Assembly: GCF_009834535.1 (NCBI RefSeq)
Contig: NC_045696.1
Span: forward strand, 7,380,001 to 7,444,000
Source of the DNA: Camelus ferus
Taxonomy: Eukaryota
Length of the DNA stretch: 64,000 nucleotides
Direction: 5' to 3'
Made by a program: the position numbers and the translations under genes. The notes beneath the pieces are model-generated. The model was not told the DNA's origin. It saw nothing but the letters and a program-made list of their open reading frames with translations, and ran no database searches. Numbering within the stretch: the first letter of the stretch is position 1; each line of letters starts with the position of its first letter. Below, in pieces: positions 27,065-39,462 of the stretch.

Positions 27065-28465
27065 ACGTTAGTTCAGAATGCTCTTTATTCAGACGTGACA
27101 TGTGGAAGGTGCGTTCACAAGGATGTGCCTGAAGTTATGCACAGCACACGTGCTCACCCTGCAGCTGCTCCTCTCCCTCTGTACCTGCTGCAGCAAACCC
27201 CTCCCTATGTATCTTACTAGTTACAGTTCGCAGTTATTATGAACATGCAGACAATGTTTTAGGGACCTGATTCAAAATACAGAGTGAACTATGGACCAAG
27301 TCACCAAGACATCAAAACTCACGGGGAACCAAAGCAGAGGAAAGCGACCAAATCAGCTCATGAACTTGGGACTGAGAGCTTCTGGGGGGAACAAAGAACA
27401 CACTGAGAAACATTTGTTGATCCTTCCTGTTTGAGAGAAATGGAATGTGTCCAGAGCTCATGTTTCTACGTTTACTACTGCCTACAGGTCACTAAGGAGA
27501 ATATGTTTCTAAGTCTCTAATGAGTCACAGTTGTGCTCTCAGGTCACAGCACGAGAGCGCATGCATCACTTTACACAGATTTAAATGCGGAACGACTGTA
27601 CAGGGACATGTTGGGCCTGTCTAGTCACACAGGTGTCTCTTCTTGGTGGTGGATAAGGGAAGGGAAAGATGGTGACCTGTGTGCTCGCCAGACATCCAAA
27701 CACTTGTGTAACTCATAAAGAGGGACAAACGTCACTAATGAGAACAGTTAGGTGTTCAAAGAATAAGTTCCAAACGTGGGATTGGGCTGATGAATATGCA
27801 GCCTTGATTTTAGGAGTTAAGAAAAAGTCTTGGCTAATGCTATTTGCCAAAGCCACTATGTCTTTAGAAGATGAAAAATAAGCACTTACAAATCTGCTGC
27901 GGAGAAGTAAAACAACAAATTGAAAAATCAAAGTCAAGTGAAGAAGAGATTTGAATCTTTTGGTCTAAGCCAGTATTTTGACATTAACTACAACTTACTA
28001 AAATGCAGTTTGCTTAAGCCCACTTTTTAAAATGCAGAATCTTTGAGGGAAAATGTAGTCTATGTTCAGGAATACTGTCTCATAAAAATGTTAACCTGGG
28101 GCACTTTAGTAAGTCGAGAATACTTATAATTCAAGTCTTGCTTTGAAGCACTCACCATGCTTTCCTTCCAGCCCACAGAGCTCCTCCGCAGCCCAGCAAT
28201 GGGAGGGCGTGGTGATGTGTAACTCTACCAGTCACCCCTGGGCTGTCACTGAAGGGTTTAATCAGAGCTGGGAGATTTCTTACTCTCAACTATATTAAAG
28301 ATTTCATCTACTAGCACTGTGACACACAGTGCAAAGAATCCTCAAATGTTTGTCCTTATACCAAGGGTAGTGTATGGTTATTCTTCCAACCCAACAAACC
28401 AGTACCCACTCCTTAGTGAGCTGTAACTACCTAGGACAGCAGGTGGGCCTCCTCCAGAGGGCGGG
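27065..28465 (-). other. TTC3: Probable TTC3 3' UTR (about 1.4 kb; could extend further left)
   Basis: Repeat-poor sequence after the stop, ending near a minus-strand AATAAA. Confidence 0.6.
27084..27089 (-). terminator. Candidate polyadenylation signal AATAAA for TTC3
   Basis: TTTATT on the plus strand; first canonical hexamer I found downstream of the stop. Confidence 0.55.
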
Positions 28466-28540
28466 CTACTCTTCTGACAGGAGATCACGGTCCAGGCAGG
28501 CCGGGCAAGTACTCTGCCCCTTAAGCCACTGCTTGAAGCA
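28466..28540 (-). CDS. TTC3: TTC3 last coding exon, CFKQWLKGQSTCPACLDRDLLSEE*
   Basis: tttcag acceptor; completes the RING-H2 (C..W....CPxC); TAG at 28466-28468. Confidence 0.94.
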   Translation of the reverse strand, partial: CFKQWLKGQSTCPACLDRDLLSEE

Positions 28541-29641
28541 CTGAAACGGAGAGAACGCCATCAGTCAATGCCTTTGGGAGCACGTGGCACCTTAGTTCCC
28601 CTCCCTCTCCGCTGCAGACATGGCTGGTGGGGCCTGGAGCTGCCCAGCACTCAGGGACACCAGAGCCTGCTCAGGTGAGGAGTGTGGACCAAGCCCCAGG
28701 GACAAATCTCACCTCAGAACGTGACCATGACTACTTGGGGCACGGCCTCACCTTCCCCTTCCCCTCACTCCGTTCCAGCCTCAGCACTCAGCTGCCCTGG
28801 CTTCTCTATAGAGGCTGGCACCTTCTTTGTCCTTGGGCTCGTCTGCCTTCTCCTTGCCCCCACAACCTGGACACCACACAGCCCTGACTGGAGCCTGTCT
28901 ACGCAGTGTGCTCCCTAGCTGCCCCTGGCTGGCCGGCTGCTGCTACAGAGCCGAGTGTGTGTGCAAAGTCGGAGAGCCCGGGAAGGACGCCGGTACACGG
29001 GAAGGGGGCAGGCCCCGCGAGAGACTGTAGGCCGTCTTGACACCGTCCAGGGAGTGTACAGTGTGTCCTCCTTTTCTCAGGGGTTCATAAACTGACAGGG
29101 CAGAGACCTGACCTGCCCTAACCCAACAGCAGGGGTGCAGGACGCATGCTCACAGCACCCAAGACACCAAAACAGTTAACACAAATCCTGGAAGGGTACA
29201 AACCAGAATCTCCCAGAATCGGGCAAAATGGACCCAGTTAGGCTTAGTTTTTCTCTTCTAAAATGTTACACTGACTTCACATACTTAACTAAATTAACAA
29301 ACTGTGGCACTATATATTTGTTCGGCCATGTGTGTAAGAAATCAACTTTTAAGGAACTAATATTGCTTTGAATTTCAGCACCAACAGCGCTGATGGAGCC
29401 AACTGCTCTTTTCCACCCATGACACTGAGTGGAGGAGAGGCCAGTGCGCAGGGTGCACACCAAGGGGCCAGGAATCTGCTCCCCTCCACAGCACCGACCT
29501 CTGGAAGGGCAGACAATGATCACTTATAAAGAAAATGCTTTGAAAACGCAGTATTGAAGCCTAGGGAAAAAGCCCTCAGCATTTTCAAAACACCCCAGTC
29601 ACAATGCACGACATGACGAGGGCCAAGAGAGAAGTCCTCAC

Positions 29642-29734
29642 CCCTTTGTGACACTTGTGCCCACATTCCAGCACACGCACGTTTTTGGATTTGAATACTT
29701 CGTGGCATATTTCACAGGAATTTGCACCGGACAC
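29642..29734 (-). CDS. TTC3: TTC3 RING-H2 exon 1 (93 nt, phase 0-0), VSGANSCEICHEVFKSKNVRVLECGHKCHKG
   Basis: ccacag acceptor, gtgagg donor; CxxC...CxHxxH motif. Confidence 0.94.
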
Positions 29735-32661
29735 CTGTGGAAATAAATATCCCGATAATAAAGAGTAACTAAACTTCTTTCTACTACGTGAGCTCTTCTA
29801 AAAGTGGCTTTCAAACACTTTTGCAGCTAAGGTGGCAAATATTTCCAATTATAACTAAGCAGACTTTTTAATAACATTTCTTAGGGAAAAAAATAGTTTT
29901 AATTTTCTCAGAGAAAAAAGTTTTATATGGTTAATATGTTTCCAGTTAAAACACTACGAATACTCACTTATCCCATCCCATTCCTTACAAAGCATGGTAC
30001 CACCTGAACATTACAAGTTAGATAAGTAACAGCTGGGGACAGTAACACAGATGATGACACGTCTACACTATGGATCATCACGGGGCTGATTAAAATCACG
30101 ATGGAGATCCATAATCCCTGACACAGAACACTGGTTACAAAAGCTCTCTGAATAAAAGTAGTTTACAAACAGCATCATGTGCTTATATAACTCAATTTTT
30201 TAAAAATAAAAAAAATGTGTATATAGAGAGGCCTAGAAAAGCATCTGGAAAGATGTAAAATGTTAACAGTGGTTACTGGCTCCTTTTGGTTGACAGATTT
30301 AACTTTTTTCTTTGCTGTTTTTCTAAAGTTTCTGTGAATGTGGATTACTTGTACAAATCAAAACAAAACAAACTGATGGCTCATTCAGCAAACATCCAGC
30401 GTCAGGGATTGCGCGGGGCGCGGGGTGAACGGCAGGGCTTCCGGCCCCGGCAGCTCACAGTCTGGTGAGCACAGACGGCGCTTTCTGTGTGAAGCAGAAG
30501 CGGACCAGGCACAAAGTCCTCCCTACCGCTCACAGCGCTTGCCCCAGGCTACCCGCATCACCGACTTCGACTCTCACTCCCCTGTAACTCTCAGCACCCT
30601 GGAGGCAGGGAATGAGCCTTGTTTATTATATGTGTCCTTAGCAGCTGGCAAGGAACCTGGCTCCAAACTGATGTGCATAGACTGTCAAACGAATGAATGA
30701 ATGCAGCCCTCACACTGGATTAAGGTCAGGGAGGAGAGCTAGGGGAGGTGCCTGAAGGCTCTGAAGACCCTGAACTGCTGAATGGGGTTTTCTGTCCAGC
30801 TTTCTGTCCTTCCCAGGGCACTGCCGCTGCTTGGGCAGCGATGGGGCAGATGTGGTGGCATGAGGTGCTCTCATCCCTCTCTGCAGCCCCCGATGGAAGC
30901 GTCTGGGAAGAAATGAAGGCGTCAGCCCTGGGGAAGGGCAGGTTAAGGCCTCTGCAAAGTTCGGGAAAACCCAGTTAACTTGATTATTTCCTAGCCTGGA
31001 AGATAGGCACAATATATATTTAAGTTAAAAAAAGGGGGGGGGATACAAATACATGTACAATGTTGACTAAATTCACACATACACACACATACAAAAGAGT
31101 TTAAAAAATGTATTCCAGTGAGATGATACTGGTTACTGGTTACCCTCAGAGGGTGGGTTTTGGGGTCCTTTATATGGTTTTTTTATTTGTATACTCTATT
31201 ATGAACCATATTACTTTTGTATTTAAAAAATATAAAGAAAATTACTTTTAATTTTTAAAAAACTTACTATGATTAGCAAATTAATACATAGCTTTGGATA
31301 CCTGTTTTACTTATAAGTCAGGTTTTACACCCTTATTACTATCAACATCAGCTGCGAAGCAGAAATGGATCTCTCCTTGAAAGATGATTATGGCCTATCT
31401 CGGGGCGCCCCGCCACACACACTGAGGAGCCATACACATGAACACCCACACACCAGCGGGAATCCTGAGAGGTCGGCCCAGTTGCTGGACCACAGAGCAC
31501 GTGACCAGCAGGGACACGTCTGAGGGAGGAAGGGACTCCAGCCGGGCCTTGCAGGAAACGTCCGAGAGGGATAAAAACAGAGTTCACAAGAAGAGTCAAT
31601 GCCTAGCTCCAGTCAGCAAACCAGCGCTCCGTGTGCAGTCCTGCACTGCTGGCTCTGCCATGGAGCCTGCCGCTCTTCTACAGTTGATTTCACCTAAACT
31701 CTGACACTATAGTTGGACAAAAGGGGAAAAACATTCTCTGCACCAGAATTCAACTTGGAGCCCATGGCCCTGAGCCACCCAGGTGACGGCCTCTCTTTCA
31801 ACCACATGTTCAGTCCCCACTGCATGGTCTCCAGCAGGAGCTGGTCAGTGTGGCGAGGACGGGGAATTACACGCTGCACACTCAACTCAAATGAAGGAAC
31901 ACTGGCAAGATGCATCAGTCAGTCATCCATGCCTTGGTTTCCTCATTTATAACATAAAGGCAATTATAATGCCTTATCAACTGAGAACATAAATATAATA
32001 ATCTTTTATAAAAAGTTCTATGTTAATGTAACATTCTTGTCTAAAAGGACAATATACTTACATCAGTATATCAAATTAAAGGCAAATCTAGCTGATTCCA
32101 CTGTGCCCCCCCACAGCCGTTCCCCAGACACCTGAGGGGAGAGGAAAGGAAAGCATCCAGCCTTTCCCAGGCACAGCGCCTGGCCCTGGCAGCCCTGCCG
32201 CTGGGCTTCATCCAGGCAACAACCTGAACAAGCAGGTATGAGCCGAGCTCACGGTGTTATTAAGTGATGGCCAAGTCTGCATGATTCTAAAGCCCATGGT
32301 CACACAGAAGAAAATTATCCAAAAACCAGTTTTCCCAGCTATTCACACTTGGTATAAAATATGAAAGTACCTGACCACTGACAGGCCCAGTGCCTACAGT
32401 GTGGTCACAGCTCTTCTTGTCACTGTGTGCAAGGGCTCCGAGGCGTTCGCCCAAGTGGAGGGACAGCCTCGCCATTCAGCCTCGCCTGTTTAACCAAACT
32501 ACACCTAACTCTCCATCTACACTTGGTCTCTAATTTTGAGATCAAATAAATTCGGTCTAGAAATGCAAAGAATGGGGCTTAGTCACGGATTAACAATTTG
32601 TTTCCTTCTTGTTCTTCATTAAAAGAACAACCAACGCTGCAATCCTGCGCACAACACTCAC

Positions 32662-32797
32662 ACGGGACACCTTCCGTCTCCTGCCCCCGGGTCTGGGGTG
32701 ACGCTCCAGCAGCCGGGGAGGGCGGGTCCTGGGTGGCCGTGGTCACAGAAGCAGCAGAGCAGAGCTCAGATGGCTGCTTGTCCTTTCCTGGATTTGG
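32662..32797 (-). CDS. TTC3: TTC3 pre-RING coding exon, PNPGKDKQPSELCSAASVTTATQDPPSPAAGASPQTRGQETEGVP; 3' boundary uncertain (32662 or 32653), both out of phase with the next exon
   Basis: ctgcag acceptor, phase 0; donor gtgagt gives 136 nt, donor gtgcgc gives 145 nt. Confidence 0.85.
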
Positions 32798-32978
32798 CTG
32801 CAGTGAGAATGTGGGACAGGGAAGCAAGTTCAGTTATCTCAAAACTTGACCATCTTCCATCTACTACTAAATTGTTCTCCACCTTTTGGCTGGAAGCATT
32901 TTTTTTCATAATTCTCATATTTTATAAATAAGTAAGGATAAAGTAAAACATTTTATTGAATCTAAATGAAATACTGAC

Positions 32979-33105
32979 CTTTTTCTTCTTCTCTTCATCT
33001 AGAATGTGTTCTGCCACTCTTTGGACAATTTCGTCAATACTCAATCCAGAGAGCGAGTTCTTGTTTTTGTTTCTCACTTTTTTAATAAAACCAGCAAGCT
33101 CAGTG
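32979..33105 (-). CDS. TTC3: TTC3 coding exon (127 nt, phase 2-0), TELAGFIKKVRNKNKNSLSGLSIDEIVQRVAEHILDEEKKKK
   Basis: ttttag acceptor, gtcagt donor; conserved helical segment of TTC3. Confidence 0.94.
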
Positions 33106-34668
33106 CTAAAAGGGAAAAGGGGATAACGTCATGAGAAAGTCAAAGTTTTCTACTGCAAATAAATATGAATAAACATTATGTGCCAGTATTAACCCAACAG
33201 CTAGAAGCAACGAGGTCAAATACAAATAACCACACAAATAATTCATTTGTAAACGACAGCATAACTGTATATAAAACTGAGGTCACTCTTCCAAAGTATT
33301 ATGAAAATTCCAGTATTATTTCTAAACATTTGTTTTAATAGACTTTCAAAGTAATAGTGTATCTGCTAGATCCATCTGAGATGTCCACCCCGGCTTAGAA
33401 ACCGTACTTCTTACGGCCGGGACACACTGTAGCTTCAAGCAACATTACTGAGTGATCAGATACCATTGGTTCTGACTTGAAATCAGTAATAAGTCTCTAA
33501 GAACAAACTAGCTTTGTTAACTTCCTCCCTTTAAAAACCAAGTCTTCAAAGCCTGGCTGTTCTGTCAGTGCCCGTGGATGTGATCTGCATCACAGGGACT
33601 TGATATTTACAGCACTAATACCTCAAATGCTTTACTTTTCAGAAAATAGAATGCATTTCTATTTGGTGGTTTATATTCAGCCAAATTTAGTCAGGATTGC
33701 AAACAATTTTATTTGTAAGATATCTTTGGTAATCACAACTTGGCTATTTTTTAAGAACTGGCATGGTAACTGCTCTTGAGATAACTTACGTTTCTCAAAC
33801 GCAGGCAGGGCTAAATACGCCCGTGTGCGGACAAGATATACTTATTTCCATGTGGGCAGGGCTCCACTGACAAATGTAAAACGTTAATTTTGTAAATCAT
33901 AATTTAAGCATGATTTTGTTTCAAAAGGATAATTTCAAAGCCTGTGACTAATACTGTATCCAAGACAGAAATAACACGGGAGGTGCAGAGGGTCATTCCT
34001 GCATGTGGATTCCTCTCTTCTGAGCTGCATCCCAGAGACATCCCCTCCACTTCATCTGCTCTCCTGCAGAGACAAGGGCACCCCTGCCCCTCATACCAAT
34101 CTGGAGAGTTAGGTCAACGGTCAAGGCAGAAGCACCACTGAAGTGTCCGACTGATACAGGCGACTAAGTTAAAAGCAGCTCTCCCCACCCTTATTGGGAC
34201 CGTTCTGTAACATGCTCACACACTTGGTTCACTATCAAATTCTATCCACCTTTTCAACCTCAGACCTCTAACAGCTCAGAGGTACTGTCCACAAGATGTA
34301 AGCTGCTGCTGCCTTCTTTGCTATATGTGATGTTTTTCCCTTGAAACGACACAAAACTAATGTTTTGCAATTCATTTAGTGATTCTGTAACTAGTGTTGG
34401 AGCACCTTACTGAGCTCCTCAAAATCTTAGCAAATTGCCGTGGGTTCTGATGTGTGTTGATTAACCAGTGTTCAATGTTTTCAATCTTTGAAAATGCTCA
34501 CCTCCGTGTTCACAAAAAGGAAAAAAAAAACGTAGCTCTTGTCTTTCTCAGTAAAACAATTATACAGTCCTTTCCACTCCTGCCCCTAATTGGCCATAAT
34601 GTTATCCGATCAGGAATCCTCAGTTCAACAAAGTATTCAGCAGAGGCACAGACATTTTAGATTCGTAC

Positions 34669-35006
34669 CTGCTGTAATATGGGAATACCACTGACAGGTG
34701 CTCGATAATACTATTGAATGGCTTTTTTGGAGACTGGCTTGAACGAGCGGCACGTCCTGGAGCAACAGGTAATTTCTGATCAGCCTCAAGGCTTTGTTTT
34801 GACTGAGCTGCCTGGCCAGAGCTCTCACACACTGGCAGGAGGGCGACTTCTGGCTCACAGGAGGGCAACTCCACCAGGCCCTCAGCGGCAGAGACCAGAG
34901 TCAAGTCCTTGGGAACTGCTGTTCGGTTTCCAGCCCCGTGACTTGCAGAAGTGGAGGGGTCATGAGCATCAAGGTCTGAAGACTCAGGAAGTAACTCAAG
35001 GTGAAT
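34669..35006 (-). CDS. TTC3: TTC3 coding exon (338 nt, phase 0-2), IHLELLPESSD...RSSQSPKKPFNSIIEHLSVVFPYYS(S)
   Basis: Part of ORF 34620..35060; tcacag acceptor, gtacga donor. Confidence 0.93.
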
Positions 35007-35149
35007 CTGTGAGGAACACACCACAGGAGCTGAGTCACTAAGAGTTACATTCATGGACAAAGACTGACAAACGCAGCTGTAATAAAACCTGGCTGCTCAA
35101 GGGCACAGGAAATTTGAATGCAACAAATTAAATGTTTTTGTCCTTAAAA

Positions 35150-36290
35150 ACTACTGGTCACCTACTCTTTCCCAAAATGAGCTATCACGGCTCGGCGCCC
35201 CTGGCCTCCGTTCCTCCTCCTCTGGGCATCTTCTCAGCTCCCCACCCGCAGCGCCTCCTCCTGTCCGAGCCCGAAGTGCTGACTCTCATGTTGTCAGAGG
35301 TGCAAATCCCACCCCATGCTGCACCCTCTCGTGCTTCAGTGAGACCGTGCTCGCTGGGAAGAACACCCACTCTTTCAAAGATTTGTCTAGAATACTTTCC
35401 TGAGATCCAAATTTTAACGGGCAGATCCACTTGCGTGGTTCCAAGGCTTCTCAAACTCAACGTCTTCAAAACTAGCCTCAGGAAGGCCTCCTCGCCCTGC
35501 CCTTTCTCTGGTGCCCACCTCACTGGCAGAAACCCTGATTCATCCTCGACTTCCCAACACACGCACATGGGGCCCCAATCTCACCAACAGCAGTTCTTTC
35601 AACTGACACCCTAAACACCTCTCAAGCCTGTCTCTTCCCTTCAGCCCCACTGCCATTTGCTCCAGGACATGGCTGGTGACAGTGAGCTGTAACTGGTCAA
35701 CTGGAAATCACTCAGGACCTCTCCACCATGTCTCCACACTGCAGCTGAGCCGATCTTGTTCTCATCCTTGAAACCGATCCTGGCTTCTTGGTGACCTGAG
35801 GGAGAGTCCACACTGCTGAACACACCTTGCAGAATAAGGCTCTTTGTTCTGGCCTGTGGGTACAACTTTATAATCTTTCTCCTTATAGCCACTTTTGTCA
35901 TAGGGAACTTCTTTCACAGCTATGAAAGGAGTGTTCTCTTTTTTTTTAGCCTTCAAATATGCTGTTTCTTCCATTTGGAGCACTCTGACCCTGCAAACAC
36001 CACACACGCACCCCTCCTCAAGCACACCCCTACTTACTCCTTTTGCCTGGTTAATTCCTATGCCAGATCTCTGACTCACTAAGACCTCCAACAGGGAATC
36101 TTCTGCTAGGTTGGGTTAGCTCCCCCTCGTTTATGCTGCTATAATGGCATTCTGTGCTCCTATGAAAAACCTTGGTGCACACTGCTTGTAATTACAGGTT
36201 TCAAGTCTCTCGTTCTTGAAACCATATGTACTTTGAGGGCACAAACCACATCTAATCTTGATCACCACTAAATACTTGATGAATGAATAG
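35150..36290 (+). mobile_element. L2 fragment(s) in a TTC3 intron
   Basis: L2-like pyrimidine-rich text ending aaatacttgatgaatgaata. Confidence 0.55.
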
Positions 36291-37011
36291 GGTAAAAATG
36301 ACACACAAAGTCAATTATTTTTAGGGGTATTTATTACTCAAGTTCCTGGCACACTGAGAGTTCCCAAGGTTTTGAATATTAAAATTCTTTTTTGAGCATT
36401 TATAAAATTACATAAGCTAGAATTAAAAACTAATAGTAAAATACTCTACTGCGATCTAATGCTTTTTTCCCCTCCATGTCTGCTCTAAGAACTTGGAAAC
36501 ACTGTAAATAAGTGACCTTTAATTCTAAATAAAATTCTATTTCTTACTCAGTTCTATGGAGAGAAAAAACTTTAGAGCTCAATAGACTATTTTACTCAGT
36601 TCGAGGTAGCTAAACTTTCTAATGTTTTAAATTTTTTTTTTTTTTTTTAAAGATGAGTCCACATACGTTTGAATGCTTACTGTGTGAGGTATTGGGGAGA
36701 AAAAGATGTCCAAGATCAGGCCTCTCACTGCGGCTGCAGAGCTGTATCTCAGTTAAGGGGACTGAATGCACAGGACGGAAGGGCCGGAGGGTGAGGGGCA
36801 AAGACGGGAGCCCTGACAGGGGCTTAGCCTCGGGCTCAATGAAAACACTGAGGTAGTTACCAATCCATCTCATGCTCATACCCAAAACAACAACAACACA
36901 CTGCTCTGGGCAGTTAAGAAAGAAATTGTGCTTCACTAGTTTTCTGTTCTCTTTCCTCCAAAAAAAAAAAAAGGAAAGGAAAGAAAGAAAAAGAAGATGT
37001 GACAGACTTAC

Positions 37012-37113
37012 TGTGTTACAGGCAGGAAACGAAAGGTCAGAAATCTGTACTTTAGAAAGTTCACTGAGCCGAGAACCGTTTTTAATTGCTTGAATTTGTT
37101 CTTCATACTGAGA
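37012..37113 (-). CDS. TTC3: TTC3 coding exon (102 nt, phase 0-0), SQYEEQIQAIKNGSRLSELSKVQISDLSFPACNT
   Basis: ctacag acceptor, gtaagt donor; recognisable peptide. Confidence 0.93.
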
Positions 37114-37530
37114 CTGTAGGTAGAAGGAAAAGTGTAAGTTTTTCTAAGAAATCTCAAGGGAAAACCACATCTGTCAATTAACACTTTCCCCCCATACTGT
37201 ACATTACAAACTATCAACCATTTTCCAAGAAATACAGCTGAGATGCAAGGTTATTTCTTGTAAGGAAAGTAGTTCAAAATAAGTCTTTGTTAGCCAGAAA
37301 GCTCTATAGATCTTTCAAACGTAACTTCCCTAATCTTGTCAATCAAGGGCAGAGTTTAAGATAGTTAAGAAAACAGCATCTTTTTTTTCATGAAAAATTC
37401 TTAATTCCAACAAAAAATATATATTGCCTTTAACCGCTCAAAAAAGAGGCCGTTTCAGTATGACACTACTTCCTTGGAATTATAACCATCAGGTAGATTT
37501 TGACAGAATTATAAAATACCTGTAACTTAC

Positions 37531-37621
37531 CTCTGCTTTCTCCATTTCTTTTCTAACATCAGAAACAAATGATTTCCATGAATGTGTATCAGACTCCACG
37601 TCAGGATATGCTGTAGAATCA
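37531..37621 (-). CDS. TTC3: TTC3 coding exon (91 nt, phase 2-0), DSTAYPDVESDTHSWKSFVSDVRKEMEKAE
   Basis: tctcag acceptor, gtaagt donor. Confidence 0.92.
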
Positions 37622-39361
37622 CTGAGAAAGAAAAATATGAAACTGCTAATGTCCACATAACATTCTTTTTAACTGAAAGCACTAATGTACAAAAGAAAAT
37701 AAATATTTAAACATGAAAGAAACACGATCACAAAAAAAAACCCAACTATTTTTAAAGAACTGTGTATCTTACAAAGTCACCATCAGAGACATCAGGAAAT
37801 TTTAATTACTGATCTGACCAAACCCCGAGAACTTATGGGCAGAAAGCAAATATTCTTCTGAATTTTAATTCCTTTCCCCAAATTTGTAGATTTGACCATT
37901 CTTCATTTGACATTTTCAAGTTTAACATCAAAGGCTATCTTGGCATGGAAAAACAAACAAAAAGGCAGCTTGGAAACATTCCAATAAACATTCTTCCCCA
38001 CCTTATTGTAAAAGAAAGGGTAGGGCCTGACAGGCGATTTAGATTTCTCAGCCCCTCATCCATCTGGTCTATCAACAGTGACGTACAAGTACTCCTAACT
38101 GAGAGGATCAGTAACACCAGCAGCAGGTGACAGTGTGGGTTCTCATCACACACCTTACAGGAACACCAGAACACTGCTTCTGCGGCTGTTCTCTTCACTA
38201 TCCTCTGGGAGAACGAGCAGAATTAGCACAGAATCCCTAAGAAGGGAGCATGAGGCTTCATTAGGAAGCCAGTGCTGTTTGACAGAAAGAAGTCTGAGAT
38301 GTGCTCGTCTCCCAGCTGCACCGCAGGGCACAGCTTATGCTGGGCTGAAAACTGACCACCACCACGAGGTCCCAGCCTCTGCTGTACTGGTCCTGTAATC
38401 TGAGTCAGCACATCAGTCTACTTTTAATCAGAATGGTTTTCTCTAATGGAAAAAACTTAACCTTGGAAAATGAAGAATTATACTAAAACTGTTTTTCCTT
38501 GTCCCACAGAATCTCTGGTTCCACACTGAGGGTTTGAAATTTAGATAAAAAAGTACGAGGAATTAAAACTCAAAACCTGTGTGTGGAATATGATAAAAAG
38601 GCCAGATGAAAGGTGATGCCAGGAGCAAAAATCCACAGTGATGAGACTGACTGCTGATGCCAGACTGCAGGAGGCCCTCTAGGAGTCCCAGGTAAGCCTT
38701 ATCCCAAAACCAACACAAAACAAACAGAAACAGGTGAAGATTATGGAGAGCTGAAAAAAATGACCATGTTTATGTATCTTTTGAAGTGACGGTCCGGTAC
38801 ACTACCAGTAAGACTGCTAAGTAACTGTTCTTAAGGCAACTGTTTAAAAAGCTTTAAAAATGTGATCTTCATTCCAGAAAAGTATTGAATGGAAATGATT
38901 AATAATATGCATAAAAATTTAGCTACAAGGGTATCTGCTACAGTGTAGCTTTTATTAACAAAATTTGTGAATAACCCAACTCTTCCACCTCAGTGGTGTT
39001 TAATAGATCACGACACATTTGTACACTGGAACACGAGTCAGCCTTTCCAAATTAGGTTGGAGAAATGTAATTATTGATAGGAAAGGAAGATTTCTATATA
39101 CTACTTTGTGAAAAACTATATATAAATTTTTGTCAAATTAATTAACAGATTTAGTGCAAAAATATTAACTATAGTTCAATTTAGAGTTATGGATGATTTT
39201 TATCATTTTTGTTTATATGTTTCGATTTTTCTGATTGAACATGCATTAGCCGTATTAACTATCAAAAAATAAAATGGTCCTAATGTAAGTTTTTCTCAAA
39301 TCAGCCTTAACCTCTATTCACTCAAAGACGTGCTGGGAAGACACCTGTGGCACCACAATAC

Positions 39362-39462
39362 CTGCCCAGTAGCTTCAGCTTCTTAAGGAAGCCCTCGGCT
39401 TGTGACTCCATGGTCTGTAACTTCCACACTTCCGTCTCCTTCCAGTTTTCAAGCACAGACAC
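39362..39462 (-). CDS. TTC3: TTC3 coding exon (101 nt, phase 0-2), VSVLENWKETEVWKLQTMESQAEGFLKKLKLLG(S)
   Basis: tggtag acceptor, gtattg donor; recognisable peptide. Confidence 0.92.

Noticed and set aside
35007..35060. ORF extension MSMNVTLSDSAPVVCSSQ as part of TTC3
   Set aside because: Lies upstream of the tcacag acceptor that gives the correct phase; intronic
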